Below are positions 9,123 through 19,421 of a DNA stretch of 64,000 nucleotides, one piece after another. Under the pieces are notes generated by a model, which saw only the letters and a program-made list of their open reading frames with translations, had not been told where the DNA came from and made no database searches. Location of the stretch: NCBI GenBank assembly GCA_963726255.1, contig CAVSBL010000002.1:928001-992000 (forward strand). The letters run 5' to 3'. The stretch is from Candidatus Bathyarchaeota archaeon. Its GTDB lineage: Archaea; Thermoproteota; Bathyarchaeia; 40CM-2-53-6. The stretch's first letter is position 1, and the number at the start of each line of letters is the position of its first letter. The position numbers were made by a program, and so were the translations under genes.

Positions 9123-9599
9123 CTATTTTCCTATCATCGCTTCAGTTTCTCGAATCTGATCCTCGTAGATTTTTCTGTCTTCTTCGTCCAGTCCGGTCAA
9201 TCGGTCGAGCTGTTCGCGAGCTTTATCGAGGTGGTTCTGGGCAGCTTTGCAATCCCTGCCAATTGCATATGCCCTCGCGATAGCCTCGTACGCCGTATGC
9301 AGAGTGTCTGACAGGCCCTTTTTCTCGCAGATTTCTAGGGAGGATTTGGCGAAATGGAGGGCGAGTCGCGGTTCGTTGAGGGCTGCGTAGATTCGGGAAA
9401 TCTGCCAGTCACTAACGGCCAGGTTTCGGGGGGTTCCGACGAACGTCCAATGGTAGCGGAAGGCATGTGCCAGATGTAGCATTTGCTGCTCGTCATTAGC
9501 GTCTCTATGTTTCTTGTCCATGTAGTCCCAAGCCGCGTTGAAGCATTCCTTGGCCATCTTTCGATGAAAGTCAAGTTCACTTTTCGACATGCTGGACAC
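9123..9599 (-). CDS. Conserved hypothetical alpha-helical (TPR-like) protein
   Basis: HRK.A..CFN.AW, H.AH..RYHW and W.ISR.YA pattern. Confidence 0.75.
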   Translation of the reverse strand: MSSMSKSELDFHRKMAKECFNAAWDYMDKKHRDANDEQQMLHLAHAFRYHWTFVGTPRNLAVSDWQISRIYAALNEPRLALHFAKSSLEICEKKGLSDTLHTAYEAIARAYAIGRDCKAAQNHLDKAREQLDRLTGLDEEDRKIYEDQIRETEAMIGK

Positions 9600-9680
9600 T
9601 GCCTTTCGCAGCCCGCGCAGGAAGAGTCGAAAACTATTGGAAAGTTAGGCAGACAGTTTCGTGAGTGAAGCGCTCTTGCA

Positions 9681-10022
9681 CTATTCCCCGAAAAGCCAGA
9701 ATTCGTTTCCGTCGGGGTCCTTGAACATCGCGTGGTAACCCCATTCCTCTTTCTTCGGTTTCACTGTGAACTCGACCCCTTTACCGCTCATCTCCTTGTA
9801 GGCCTTGTCCAAGTCGTCCACCTGAAACGCGATGCCAGTGTTCCCCGGCTCGAGCGGCTTTGTCTCGCAGAGGTGAAGAACCGGATCGTAGCCCTTTGGG
9901 GCGACCGTAACCCAGTGGCCTTGCTTGTCGCGTATTTCTAGACCCAGTTTTTCCTTGTACCAATCAGCAGATTTGTTTGCGTCGGACACGATAACGGCTA
10001 TGTCAATTATCGACTTAATCAT
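9681..10022 (-). CDS. VOC / glyoxalase family protein
   Basis: IAVIVSD...S..WY...LG, IAFQVDD and FKDPDGN motifs. Confidence 0.9.
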   Translation of the reverse strand: MIKSIIDIAVIVSDANKSADWYKEKLGLEIRDKQGHWVTVAPKGYDPVLHLCETKPLEPGNTGIAFQVDDLDKAYKEMSGKGVEFTVKPKKEEWGYHAMFKDPDGNEFWLFGE

Positions 10023-10096
10023 TCAACAATCCTCAACGCACACTTATTGAGAGTGATTACTTAAAGGATGACGTGCCTTCCAGAGCTTGGTAGAAG

Positions 10097-11119
10097 ATGC
10101 CGCGTTTCAGGACTGGAAAGATTCCAACTGAGGTTCTCGTACATAATGTGTTTCGTTACAGGGGCGTCAGAGACCGCGCGGTGATCATGGGCTCCTCCGT
10201 AGGCGAGGACGCTGCGCTAGTCTCGCTGGGAAACAACGTACTCGTCTTGACAACGGATCCGGTCACGGGGACGGCGTCTGATATCGGATGGCTCGCGGTC
10301 CACGTTAACGCGAACGATGTGGCCTGTAGAGGTGCTAGGCCAAGATGGTTTCTGTGCGACCTCCTGCTCCCTGAAAAGTCTGGCGTCACTTTGGTGAGCA
10401 AGATTATGCGACAGGTCGACAAGGCTGCGAAACAGGTGGGCGTCGCCGTTGTCGGAGGACATACCGAGGTCACTCCTGGCCTGAAACGCCCGATTGTGGT
10501 AGGCTACATGGTTGGTGTCGTCCCGAGAAATCGTTTCGTAACATCGAGCGGTGCGCGGCCAGGCGACCAGCTCATCATGACGAAGACAGTAGGCATCGAA
10601 GGAACCGCTGTGCTAGCCTCGGACTTCGCTCACAAACTTAGGCCGAAGATAGGTGGGAAACTACTCCAGCGGGCAAAACTCATGAAGAGCTCGATTGGCG
10701 TTGTTGAAGATGCTCTAGTCGCTGTCCGGGCGGGGGGAGTTAGGGCAATGCACGACCCCACGGAAGGCGGCTTGCTTCAGGGGGTCTGGGAACTTGCGGA
10801 AGCATCCGGCGTTGGTTTCCTGATTCACGAGTCACGTATCGCAATTCGTCCGGAAACGAAACGAATATGCTCCGCATTGAAAGTGGATCCGCTGCGGCTG
10901 ATGAGCTCGGGTTGTCTACTCATATCTGCCGACAAACGGAGGAGCTGTCTGATCTTACGTCGTTTGAAGGCGAATGGGATTCAGGCTTCTATCATCGGAG
11001 TGATGATGCAACGCAGGCGAGGGAGGAAGCTGATCTTACATAACGGGAAGGCTAAGGGGATTCGTGCGTCTGAGCGGGATGAACTCTACAGGGTTATCGA
11101 ATCTGACCGAACCAAATGA
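10097..11119 (+). CDS. AIR synthase family protein (HypE/PurM-like)
   Basis: GEDAA, TTDP, NDVA, GGHTE and MHDPTEGG motifs. Confidence 0.9.
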   Translation: MPRFRTGKIPTEVLVHNVFRYRGVRDRAVIMGSSVGEDAALVSLGNNVLVLTTDPVTGTASDIGWLAVHVNANDVACRGARPRWFLCDLLLPEKSGVTLVSKIMRQVDKAAKQVGVAVVGGHTEVTPGLKRPIVVGYMVGVVPRNRFVTSSGARPGDQLIMTKTVGIEGTAVLASDFAHKLRPKIGGKLLQRAKLMKSSIGVVEDALVAVRAGGVRAMHDPTEGGLLQGVWELAEASGVGFLIHESRIAIRPETKRICSALKVDPLRLMSSGCLLISADKRRSCLILRRLKANGIQASIIGVMMQRRRGRKLILHNGKAKGIRASERDELYRVIESDRTK

Positions 11120-11206
11120 TGAATTGTAGTCAATCAGTTTCACCCGGCTCTCCTGTTTTTATCGCATCGGAGAACAAAAGCAGATAAGATGGGGGTAGGC
11201 TAAGCC

Positions 11207-12457
11207 ATGTCGAGAGTAGGGGCTCTCGTTCAATTGTCTTCAGATATTGTTAAGGAGACTTTGGAAAGGCCCACAGTCTTCAAAGACGAAGCGCCCCTCT
11301 CACTGGAATACATACCCCGAAAACTTCCCCACCGCGACGAGCAAATGCGTTTTCTCACCCAACTCTTCCGCTTCACGCTCGACAGCCCCTTCTCCACAAG
11401 CCAACGCGTCCTCATCACGGGCGACGTAGGAACCGGCAAGACTGTACTCGCCCAACGTTTCGGAACAGACCTTGTCAAGGCTGCGAGAAACCGCAAGGTC
11501 AACCTTCACTATGTTCACGTGAACTGCCGCGAAGCGAAAGGCAGCCTCTTCATGATCATAAAACGCGTCCTAACCCAATTCGAACCTGAATTTCCGAAAC
11601 GCGGCTTCGCACCTGAGGAACTGCTCCACACCCTCATGGACATGCTCGACGACAAGAACATACACCTCATACTCGCACTCGACGAACTCGAGCACCTAAT
11701 CAGAGTGGAAGAATCCACCCCAATCTACAACCTAACCCGCATCCAAGAGGAAAGGGTTGGCAAACCAATACGGCTCTCACTAATCTTCATACTCCGCGAA
11801 ATTGAATACCTCCAAAAACTCGACAAGAGCACCATCGACACGCTGCAACGGAATATCGTTAAACTCGACAAGTACAATTCCCGACAACTAATCGACATCC
11901 TCAAAGACCGTATTGGGTTAGCTTTCAAAGAGAACACCGTGGCCGACGAGGCGCTTCAACTCGTCGCCGACATAAGCGGCCAGAGCGGTGACGCCAGGTA
12001 CTCAATCGAACTACTCTGGCGCGCCGGAAAATACGCCGACTCCGAAAACGCGAAACACATTCTAGCCGACCATGTGCGGAAGGCTGCCGGAAGCGTTTAC
12101 CCGATGCTCCGCGGCGAATACATAGCCGCCCTATCACCACACGAAAAATACATGCTCCTCGCCCTAGCCAGGGTTCTCGGGGAATCACAGGAAGCCTACG
12201 CTACCATAGGCGTCGTTGAACGCGAGTACAAGGCCGTTTGTGAAGAATATAATGACCAACCCAGAAAGCACACTCAAATCTGGAAGTACGCGCGCGGCCT
12301 AGGCGCCATTGGCGTAATAACGGCCGAAAAATCAGGCGAAGGCGTACGCGGAAAAACAACATTACTCGGCCTACAAAACATACCAGCCTCAACCATGCGC
12401 GAGCAACTAGAAGCCGCCCTAACCACAACACGAAAGAAACGTATACCACGAAAGTAA
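11207..12457 (+). CDS. cdc6: Orc1/Cdc6 replication initiator
   Basis: YIP..LPHR, Walker A GDVGTGKT, VNC, Walker B LDE, GDAR sensor; C-terminal winged helix. Confidence 0.95.
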   Translation: MSRVGALVQLSSDIVKETLERPTVFKDEAPLSLEYIPRKLPHRDEQMRFLTQLFRFTLDSPFSTSQRVLITGDVGTGKTVLAQRFGTDLVKAARNRKVNLHYVHVNCREAKGSLFMIIKRVLTQFEPEFPKRGFAPEELLHTLMDMLDDKNIHLILALDELEHLIRVEESTPIYNLTRIQEERVGKPIRLSLIFILREIEYLQKLDKSTIDTLQRNIVKLDKYNSRQLIDILKDRIGLAFKENTVADEALQLVADISGQSGDARYSIELLWRAGKYADSENAKHILADHVRKAAGSVYPMLRGEYIAALSPHEKYMLLALARVLGESQEAYATIGVVEREYKAVCEEYNDQPRKHTQIWKYARGLGAIGVITAEKSGEGVRGKTTLLGLQNIPASTMREQLEAALTTTRKKRIPRK

Positions 12458-12820
12458 ACCCGCTCCCAGTGACCGGCTAGAATCATGCCTGTAGTCGTCA
12501 AGGCTCGATTCGAGTATCACAAAGTTTCAAGGTTTCAATGCTACCGGGGCGTCATTAGAACCCACAGTGCGGATGCAAATGGCGGCAGGCGCGTGACTCA
12601 TTGGCTAAGCGGCGTGGACACACTACTACGGGAGCAAGGTTGCAGTTGTGTTCATGTAGATCCACATGGCTTCGCCAGGAAACCACCCCCACAGATAGTC
12701 ATGAGCCGAAATCGGGTTAAACGCCAGGACTCGGAGTCGTGATTTGCGGCAACAATAGCCCCGGACACGGCACAAGGGCTAATTTGCCCGCACGGTCTTA
12801 ATGTCAGGCGTGAGGTTTGT

Positions 12821-13270
12821 TTGCAAATGCGCCGTTTCTCCATGGTAGACATCTCACCGAAGGACGCAATAGTTAGAGAGGCAACAGCGGTCGGCGAGAT
12901 TGTGCTGAAAACAAGCACAATTTCACGCATTAAACGCGGCCGAATCGCGAAGGGCGACCCAATTGCCGCCGCAGAGGTCGCGGCAATAATGGCCGCGAAG
13001 CGCACGCCCAATCTACTTCCTTTCTGCCACTCGATTCCGATAACAGCAGTGCGAACCGAGCACTCTTTGGCGGGCAATGTGCTAAGGGTGGAATCGTACG
13101 TGAAGGGACTGGCGAAAACCGGGGTTGAGATGGAAGCGCTAACAGCTGCCGCAACCTATCTTCTCACGATTTGGGACATGGTGAAACAATACGAGAAAGA
13201 CCCCAAGGGCCAATACCCGACAACCACCATCACAAACCTCAAAGTAACAAAGAAAATCAAGCGAACATAA
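12821..13270 (+). CDS. moaC: Cyclic pyranopterin monophosphate synthase
   Basis: MVDIS.K, KGD, AAKRT..LLPFCH, TGVEMEAL and WDMVK motifs. Confidence 0.95.
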   Translation: MQMRRFSMVDISPKDAIVREATAVGEIVLKTSTISRIKRGRIAKGDPIAAAEVAAIMAAKRTPNLLPFCHSIPITAVRTEHSLAGNVLRVESYVKGLAKTGVEMEALTAAATYLLTIWDMVKQYEKDPKGQYPTTTITNLKVTKKIKRT

Positions 13271-13804
13271 ATGACCGAAGTCCCGGAACTTCACAAGTCA
13301 TCCGCACCGAAATCGGTCGGAATCTACATCATCACCTGTAGCACATCAAAATTCAAAGAACTCAACGCTGGCCAAGAACCCAACGACACCTCTGGAGACA
13401 TAATCGAGAAGCTTGCCCGAGGCGCAGGCCATAGAATTGAAGGACGCCAATTGATTTCCGACTCTAAACCAATGATAACCAAAAGAACAAAACACGCCCT
13501 CAGGACCCATGGGGTTGACGCGGTGATCATAACCGGCGGGACAGGCTTGTCCCCGAGGGACGTTACCCCTGAGAGCATCATACCCCTAGTTGATAGGGAG
13601 ATTCCTGGTTTTGGGGAACTCTTCAGAAAAATCAGCTTCGAGACTATCGGTCCCCCTGCCCTTCTCAGCCGCGCATTCGCGGGAACGAGTAAGGGGAAAG
13701 CGATATTCTGTCTTCCCGGCTCACCGGACGCCGTTCAAACGGCCATGGAGAAGTTGATTCTTCCAGAACTTGGACACATCATCGGCGTAGCTCACGAGCA
13801 TTAA
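13271..13804 (+). CDS. moaB: Molybdopterin adenylyltransferase MoaB/MogA family
   Basis: D.SG, TGGTG.SPRDVTPE, PGFGELFR and LPGS motifs. Confidence 0.95.
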   Translation: MTEVPELHKSSAPKSVGIYIITCSTSKFKELNAGQEPNDTSGDIIEKLARGAGHRIEGRQLISDSKPMITKRTKHALRTHGVDAVIITGGTGLSPRDVTPESIIPLVDREIPGFGELFRKISFETIGPPALLSRAFAGTSKGKAIFCLPGSPDAVQTAMEKLILPELGHIIGVAHEH

Positions 13805-15597
13805 CGCTTCTTACGGGCAGGTGCCCGCTTAGCTGTCCTAGCCGGTCTACCAGGCTTAACCTTCGCTGGCGGGGCAGCGGGGCTGCTCTTTGCTACGTAC
13901 TTCTCGTAAGCTTTCGGATCTGCGAGTGTTTGATTGCATATGCAGAATTTCAGAGAGGGGATTAGATGGCTGGGGCAGTTCTCAACAAACTCACATTCTT
14001 CACATGTGATCTTCTGCCCGTCCACGTAGCATTCCTTAATGATCTTACCCTCCACTTCAGCCGCAGCTTGCTCAGGGCGCCGGAATTTGATAGGCCTCGC
14101 CATTATGTCCGATAGCCTTTCTTCAACCGAGTCTAGGTTATCGAGCCGGCGGACAGCAAATTTGCCGCCGCTCCGATCGTAACTAATGCCCGCCCGCATG
14201 ATTTGGATGAACTTGTCCTTGCCCATGTAAGGCAACTTGAAACCTGTCGGGTCAAGAACCGCTTCAGGGCCTTTCACGGCTGGTTGCGCCTTAGATTCCG
14301 AAACCAGGAAATCTATGTCCCGTTCCTCCGCTTCCAGGCTCAGGGCAATTTCCCGCCCACGTTCCCCATCAGAGCTGAAAATGGCCACTAGGAACGGGAC
14401 AACTTCATACAACGCCTTACGTTTCGACATGTGGCATGTCCTGGCTATCCTGCGGCACAGGTGGTCCAACGCCCAAAGTCGGTACTGATAACGATCCACG
14501 ATTTTCCTCGAGAGCAATGGGGCTACATCCATCGCATGCTCTATGTCGTTATCGACCGGCTCCGTTCCCACTGAGGCCAATTCGTTCAACGCGACGGGGA
14601 GTAGACTCCATTCCGGCACAGCATCCCTGCGCGGCTGGTTGAAAGGAGGCGGCATCATCCCACGAGAACGGCTTGCACCAACTCTCCCATACCCGATATC
14701 TGCGCGGGACAAGCTGTCGTAGGCTTTCGCCAATTTGCTAGGCGTGGTGTACAGGTAGGGGAGCAAATCGTGAATGAGCAATAGCAACTCGTCGCGGTAG
14801 AGTGGAATCTCAGTCTCGTTGAGGGCCTTTCGAGCTTCGCCGAATCCGCGTGAAGCGAACAGGCCCCTTATGGTTCCTTTTTCATCCAGCTCCCTCGTCC
14901 GTTCCGGACGCAGGGTTGCTGCGCCACTGGTTGCGATGGTTTGAATATCATTGACGGCGGACCTTATGTCCCCGTGACTCTCGCTGGCAACTCGTTTCCT
15001 TACTTTCTCAGGAACTGAGCGCTCCTCTTCGGCGAGGATATGATTAGTCAGCATGAGTAGCAGGCGGGGGCGAATTTCAACAAGCGGGACGACGATGCAG
15101 GCCTTCTTGAGGTCGTCAAATTTTTCGTCGTCTACGTTGTTAGCCGTTAGGACTATTGGTACGGGCGACTGCTTGATTACTGCAAGAATTGCTCCCAATC
15201 CTCCGCGGTCTTCTCGCCCGAAGACGCCGTCCACCTCGTCCATGAGAATCATATTTCCTCGACCATCGGCGGTGAAGCTGTCGAGCGTTGAAGAGGACCT
15301 TGCGGGGGCAAGCAGGTTCTTGATGGCTTTTTCAGTCCGAATGTCGCTTGCATTCATCTCAAGCACTCGGAAGTGGAAATCGTTCGCGGCGGCTCTAGCG
15401 AGCGTTGTTTTCCCGACCCCAGGCGGCCCGACTAGGAGGCATGCCTTCGTGGGTTTCTTCTTCAAGGTCCATTGCTTCATCCAAGCCTTGAATGCTTCGA
15501 CTGATTCCTCGTTGCCTAGAAGCGTTGCTGTGGACAGGGGACGGTACTTCTCAGTCCAAGCAACTGTCTGGAGCGTTTGCACTCTACTTTCTTCCAA
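13801..15597 (-). CDS. rfcL: Replication factor C large subunit with a Cys-rich C-terminal extension
   Basis: WTEKYRP, GPPGVGKT, EMNASD, DEVDG and GDIR motifs; adjacent to rfcS. Confidence 0.92.
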   Translation of the reverse strand: MEESRVQTLQTVAWTEKYRPLSTATLLGNEESVEAFKAWMKQWTLKKKPTKACLLVGPPGVGKTTLARAAANDFHFRVLEMNASDIRTEKAIKNLLAPARSSSTLDSFTADGRGNMILMDEVDGVFGREDRGGLGAILAVIKQSPVPIVLTANNVDDEKFDDLKKACIVVPLVEIRPRLLLMLTNHILAEEERSVPEKVRKRVASESHGDIRSAVNDIQTIATSGAATLRPERTRELDEKGTIRGLFASRGFGEARKALNETEIPLYRDELLLLIHDLLPYLYTTPSKLAKAYDSLSRADIGYGRVGASRSRGMMPPPFNQPRRDAVPEWSLLPVALNELASVGTEPVDNDIEHAMDVAPLLSRKIVDRYQYRLWALDHLCRRIARTCHMSKRKALYEVVPFLVAIFSSDGERGREIALSLEAEERDIDFLVSESKAQPAVKGPEAVLDPTGFKLPYMGKDKFIQIMRAGISYDRSGGKFAVRRLDNLDSVEERLSDIMARPIKFRRPEQAAAEVEGKIIKECYVDGQKITCEECEFVENCPSHLIPSLKFCICNQTLADPKAYEKYVAKSSPAAPPAKVKPGRPARTAKRAPARKKR

Positions 15598-16564
15598 TCA
15601 CGCTCAACTGGGCCAGCATGGCACTGAGCTGAATATCCTCATTTGCACCTTGCGTCAACCTGAAATCACATTCACCGAGTGCACGCACAACCTCCGCCTG
15701 CTTGTCACCCTTAACCTCTGAGACGCGGCTAATCTCCCGGTTCGCTCCGCGGATAATCTCTCTGCCGCTCACACCATGCTTGCCCATCAACTCGTACATG
15801 GCATCTCGTGCCTTCATGAAATCCCCTTGAAGTGCAAGCTTCAGCATTTCACGAATGAGTTCACCCTGGGCTTCTGGCATGACCCTCTCGAGGGTCGCCA
15901 GGTCTAACTTTCCGCCCTTCGTGCTTGTGGCCCCAACCTGGAGGTAGTTAATCGCCCTACGAAGGTCACCTTCTGAGAGTTCGAAGACTCGTTCAACAAC
16001 TTTGGGACCTGCGTCGATTTTTTCAGATTTGCATATCTTTGCCAAGTATTCGATAGCTTCGGCTTCTTCCAATCGCCTGAATCGGAAGACTGAGCATCGG
16101 CTTTGGATGGGCTCTATGATGCCGCTTTGATAGTTGCAAATGAGAATGAAGCGGCAGGTTCTGGATGACGTTTCCATTATTCTCCTAAGCGCGGTTTGGG
16201 CGTCTCTTGTCATCTCGTCGCATTCGTCGAGGATCACAAGCCCAAACTGAACGCCCGATGGGGTGGTTTGGATTATCTGGGAGAACCCTTTGATTCTCTC
16301 GCGAACGACGCCGATACCACGTTCATCGGACGCGTTCAACTCCAACACTAGGCTGCGAAAACTTTCACCCATCAATTGACGGGCTATGCAAAGGGCAACT
16401 GTACTCTTCCCAGTCCCAGGCGGGCCCGCGAAGAGGAAGTGGGGCATCGTTGCAGGCGTTTTGAGCAACGCTTTGATTCCGTAAACTGTTTCCTTTTGAT
16501 TGACGACCTCATCGAGAGACCGAGGTCTATACTTCTCGATCCACATGACGTTGGCTTGGCTCAA
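15584..16564 (-). CDS. rfcS: Replication factor C small subunit
   Basis: WIEKYRP, GPPGTGKS, LELNASDERG, DECD, SRC and GDLR motifs. Confidence 0.97.
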   Translation of the reverse strand: MSQANVMWIEKYRPRSLDEVVNQKETVYGIKALLKTPATMPHFLFAGPPGTGKSTVALCIARQLMGESFRSLVLELNASDERGIGVVRERIKGFSQIIQTTPSGVQFGLVILDECDEMTRDAQTALRRIMETSSRTCRFILICNYQSGIIEPIQSRCSVFRFRRLEEAEAIEYLAKICKSEKIDAGPKVVERVFELSEGDLRRAINYLQVGATSTKGGKLDLATLERVMPEAQGELIREMLKLALQGDFMKARDAMYELMGKHGVSGREIIRGANREISRVSEVKGDKQAEVVRALGECDFRLTQGANEDIQLSAMLAQLSVIGRK

Positions 16565-16825
16565 TGCTTCTCCACCGCGCGCAATTGCACGTTCGATTTC
16601 CAGTGCAGCTGAGTTTACGAACCACATTCAAAAGCCTTGGCCCAAGCAGAGCTGCGGGTACTCGCTGCACGCGAAAACGCCCTTCATACTTTCATCCTTC
16701 TCTCCCGATGCGCAAGTCGCTCCAATGGAAATCTCGACTGAATGGAAAAAAGAATTCGAGTTAAAGCATTTAACTTGGAAAAGGGCGGTTACCGGTTTGG
16801 TGTTTCATTCTTGGCGGAAGCCTTG

Positions 16826-17371
16826 ATGTCAGTCGGCGACATAGACTTTGACTTTGAAAACTCTCAGATCCGGGTAGTTGTGACCCGGGAGTTGCCTGAA
16901 ACGTCCAGGATGCCGAAATTATCCTCGGCGAAAGTCGGGCAGGAACTTGAAGTTCCTTATTGGACAGCCAAGGAACTTGTGCAGCTTGGGTACGCTAGGT
17001 TCAGGGAGGAGGATGTCCTCAACTATAACTCGATTTCAAAAATACATTGGCGAGAAACCATTCCTGCGTCGAGACAATTACCTGCGCTCCAACCGAATTT
17101 CTACTGCATGCTCAGGCGGCACCTAGGTGAACTTCGTCAAAAGAGCAAACAGGACCAGGTGAAGCTTCGGGAACTTGAGAGGACCGAAAGCTTAGTGCGC
17201 GACATTGTTAACTGTAGAGTTCGAAAGATCGTCTCCATCGCCGCATCCCCAACGCCCTCAGAGGAACTCATTCAAGGTTTGACGTACGAAGAGCGAACCC
17301 TCTATTCAACTCTCAACAGGACCATTGAGGATTGGAAGTCGAAGCTCCTTGGACAGGAATTAAACGCTTGA
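16826..17371 (+). CDS. GINS complex subunit (Gins23 / Psf2-like)
   Basis: EVPYW.A..L, L..NFY and R.RKI motifs; its stop overlaps the mcm start. Confidence 0.85.
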   Translation: MSVGDIDFDFENSQIRVVVTRELPETSRMPKLSSAKVGQELEVPYWTAKELVQLGYARFREEDVLNYNSISKIHWRETIPASRQLPALQPNFYCMLRRHLGELRQKSKQDQVKLRELERTESLVRDIVNCRVRKIVSIAASPTPSEELIQGLTYEERTLYSTLNRTIEDWKSKLLGQELNA

Positions 17372-19407
17372 CCACGCTACAGAACCCCGAGGAACGTTTC
17401 CAGGACTTCCTCAGGTCTTTCCTGGCTGAAGACGAATACAAATATCGAAAACGCCTTGGCCACGTTGCCCTGACTGGCTCAAGGTCTATCGTGGTCGACT
17501 TCGAAGACCTGATAGCTCACGACGCAGACCTAGCGCGTTCGATTCTTGACAAGCCAGACGAATACCTCGAGTATATGGACCGCAGTGCGTGGGCCCAACT
17601 GAAAATTGAGGACCCAGAATATGCCGAAGTCATAAAACGGCTTCGCGTCAGGTTCAGGAAACTTCCGGAGAAACACTTACTCCGCAAGATTGGCGCGGAG
17701 AACATTGGCAGGTTACTCTCGATCGACGGAATAATTGTGAGGTCAACGTCGGTCAAGCCCCTTCTCATTAAGGCCGCGTTTCAATGCCGCAAATGCAACG
17801 CGATGACTTACGTCGAGCAGGCAGGAACTCTGATGCGCGGGCCGGAGTCTGCCCACATTGCCGAAGCAAAGTGTTCGAATTCATGGAAAAACAGTCCACC
17901 TTCATGAACTCACAGGATATCCGAATCCAAGAACGGCCTGAAGACCTCCCTCCAGGCCAACTGCCCAGGGCCATCGACATCAAACTCGCTGAAGACCTGG
18001 TCGATATCGCACGGCCAGGCGACCGTGTATCCATAACTGGGATAGCGAGGGGCCAGCAGGAATACGTTGGGAGAAAAGCTAGGCTTCGCACCTTCGAACT
18101 GCTCCTCGACGCAAATTACGTTGACGTCGTCGGGAAGGAGGTTGAGGTTGTTGAGATCACGCCTGAGGATGAGAGGGCGATAAAAGAGCTAGCGAAAGAT
18201 CCGTTCATCCACCGCAAACTCATAGCCTCGCTCGCGCCGTCCATTTACGGTTACGGCGACATCAAAGAGGCCGTCCTCTACCTCCTATTCGGAGGCGTCC
18301 CCAAACGACTGCCTGATGGCGTCACAATACGAAGTGAGATCAACGTCCTCCTCGTTGGAGACCCAGGAGTCGCTAAGAGCCAACTACTCCAATATGTTGC
18401 AAGGATCGCCCCGCGAGGGCTTTACACAAGCGGCCGCGGAACAACAGCCGCCGGCCTGACTGCCGCAGTAGTCCGAAAAAACTGGGGGCATGGTACTAGA
18501 AGCGGGAGCCCTAGTTTTGGCTGACAAAGGTGTAGCTTGCATCGACGAGGTGGATAAAATGCGCCCGGAGGATCGGGTGGCTATTCACGAGGCTCTTGAG
18601 CAACACACCGTCAGCGTGGCCAAGGGAGGAATTGTTGCAACCCTAAATGCTAGGGCCGCCGTCCTCGCGGCTGCCAACCCCAGTTTGGGTAGGTATGACC
18701 CTTACCGGAACATCACGGATAACATTAGTTTGCCCGTAACATTGTTGTCACGTTTCGACCTCCTCTTCATCATGAAGGACGTCCCCGAAGCTGATTCGGA
18801 CAGTAGGATGTCGGAGCACATACTCACACTCCACCGGTTGAAGACTACCCCGGAGGAACCACCACTTCTACCGGAGCTTCTACGCAAGTATATTGCGTAT
18901 GCCAAACGCATCGAACCGGCCTTGTCGGATGAGTCTGTGAACGAGATTAGGCAGTATTATCTGAAGATGCGTTCAATGTCCGGCTCTAGCGAGTCGCCCA
19001 TAGTCATAACCCCGAGGCAGCTTGAGGGATTGGTTAGGTTATCTGAAGCTAGGGCGAAGAGCTTTTTGCGTGACCGGGTCGAGGCGGAAGACGCTCGTGC
19101 AATAATTCGCCTAATGACATTGTCCCTGCAGGATGTGGGCATCGACACGACGACTGGGAAGATGGACATTGACGTCATAATGACGGGCAAGCCAAAGAGC
19201 CTGAGAGACAAAATGCAGGTCGTGCTGAGCACTTTCGCTGATTTGGAGAAGCAACTGGGAATCGTCGAAGACTCGACACTATACCAGGCTTTGTCACGGA
19301 AAGTTGACATTACCGACGAAGATGCGAGAAGGCTAGTCGACCAGCTTGTCAAGGAAGGAATCCTTTATTCGCCTAAGCCTGGGCACTTGAAGCGAACAGC
19401 AGCCTGA
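17368..19407 (+). CDS. mcm: MCM replicative helicase; two apparent frameshifts (about 17841 and 18478), likely sequencing errors
   Basis: Three consecutive ORFs give the N-domain, CxxC..CxxC zinc finger, GDPGVAKSQ, IDEVDKM and SRFD motifs. Confidence 0.93.
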
Positions 19408-19421
19408 CAGGCGCAATTTCG

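Noticed and set aside
12545-12785. RNase P or SRP RNA (fragments such as AGGAAACCACCC, GGAGCAAG, CCGGGGC/GCCCCGG)
   Set aside because: Conserved regions are not in the right order on either strand and no P4 pairing could be built; a cmsearch would settle it
12458-12820. Replication origin next to cdc6 (tandem GTTTCAA at about 12524-12538; GTTTCACCCGG upstream of cdc6)
   Set aside because: No full ORB (TCCA..GAAAC plus G-string) repeats and no AT-rich unwinding element; the region is GC-balanced
17784-18524. Intein, split MCM or programmed frameshifting
   Set aside because: No intein motifs or extra sequence; the joined protein has normal MCM length; indels fit the homopolymer-error pattern seen in other genes
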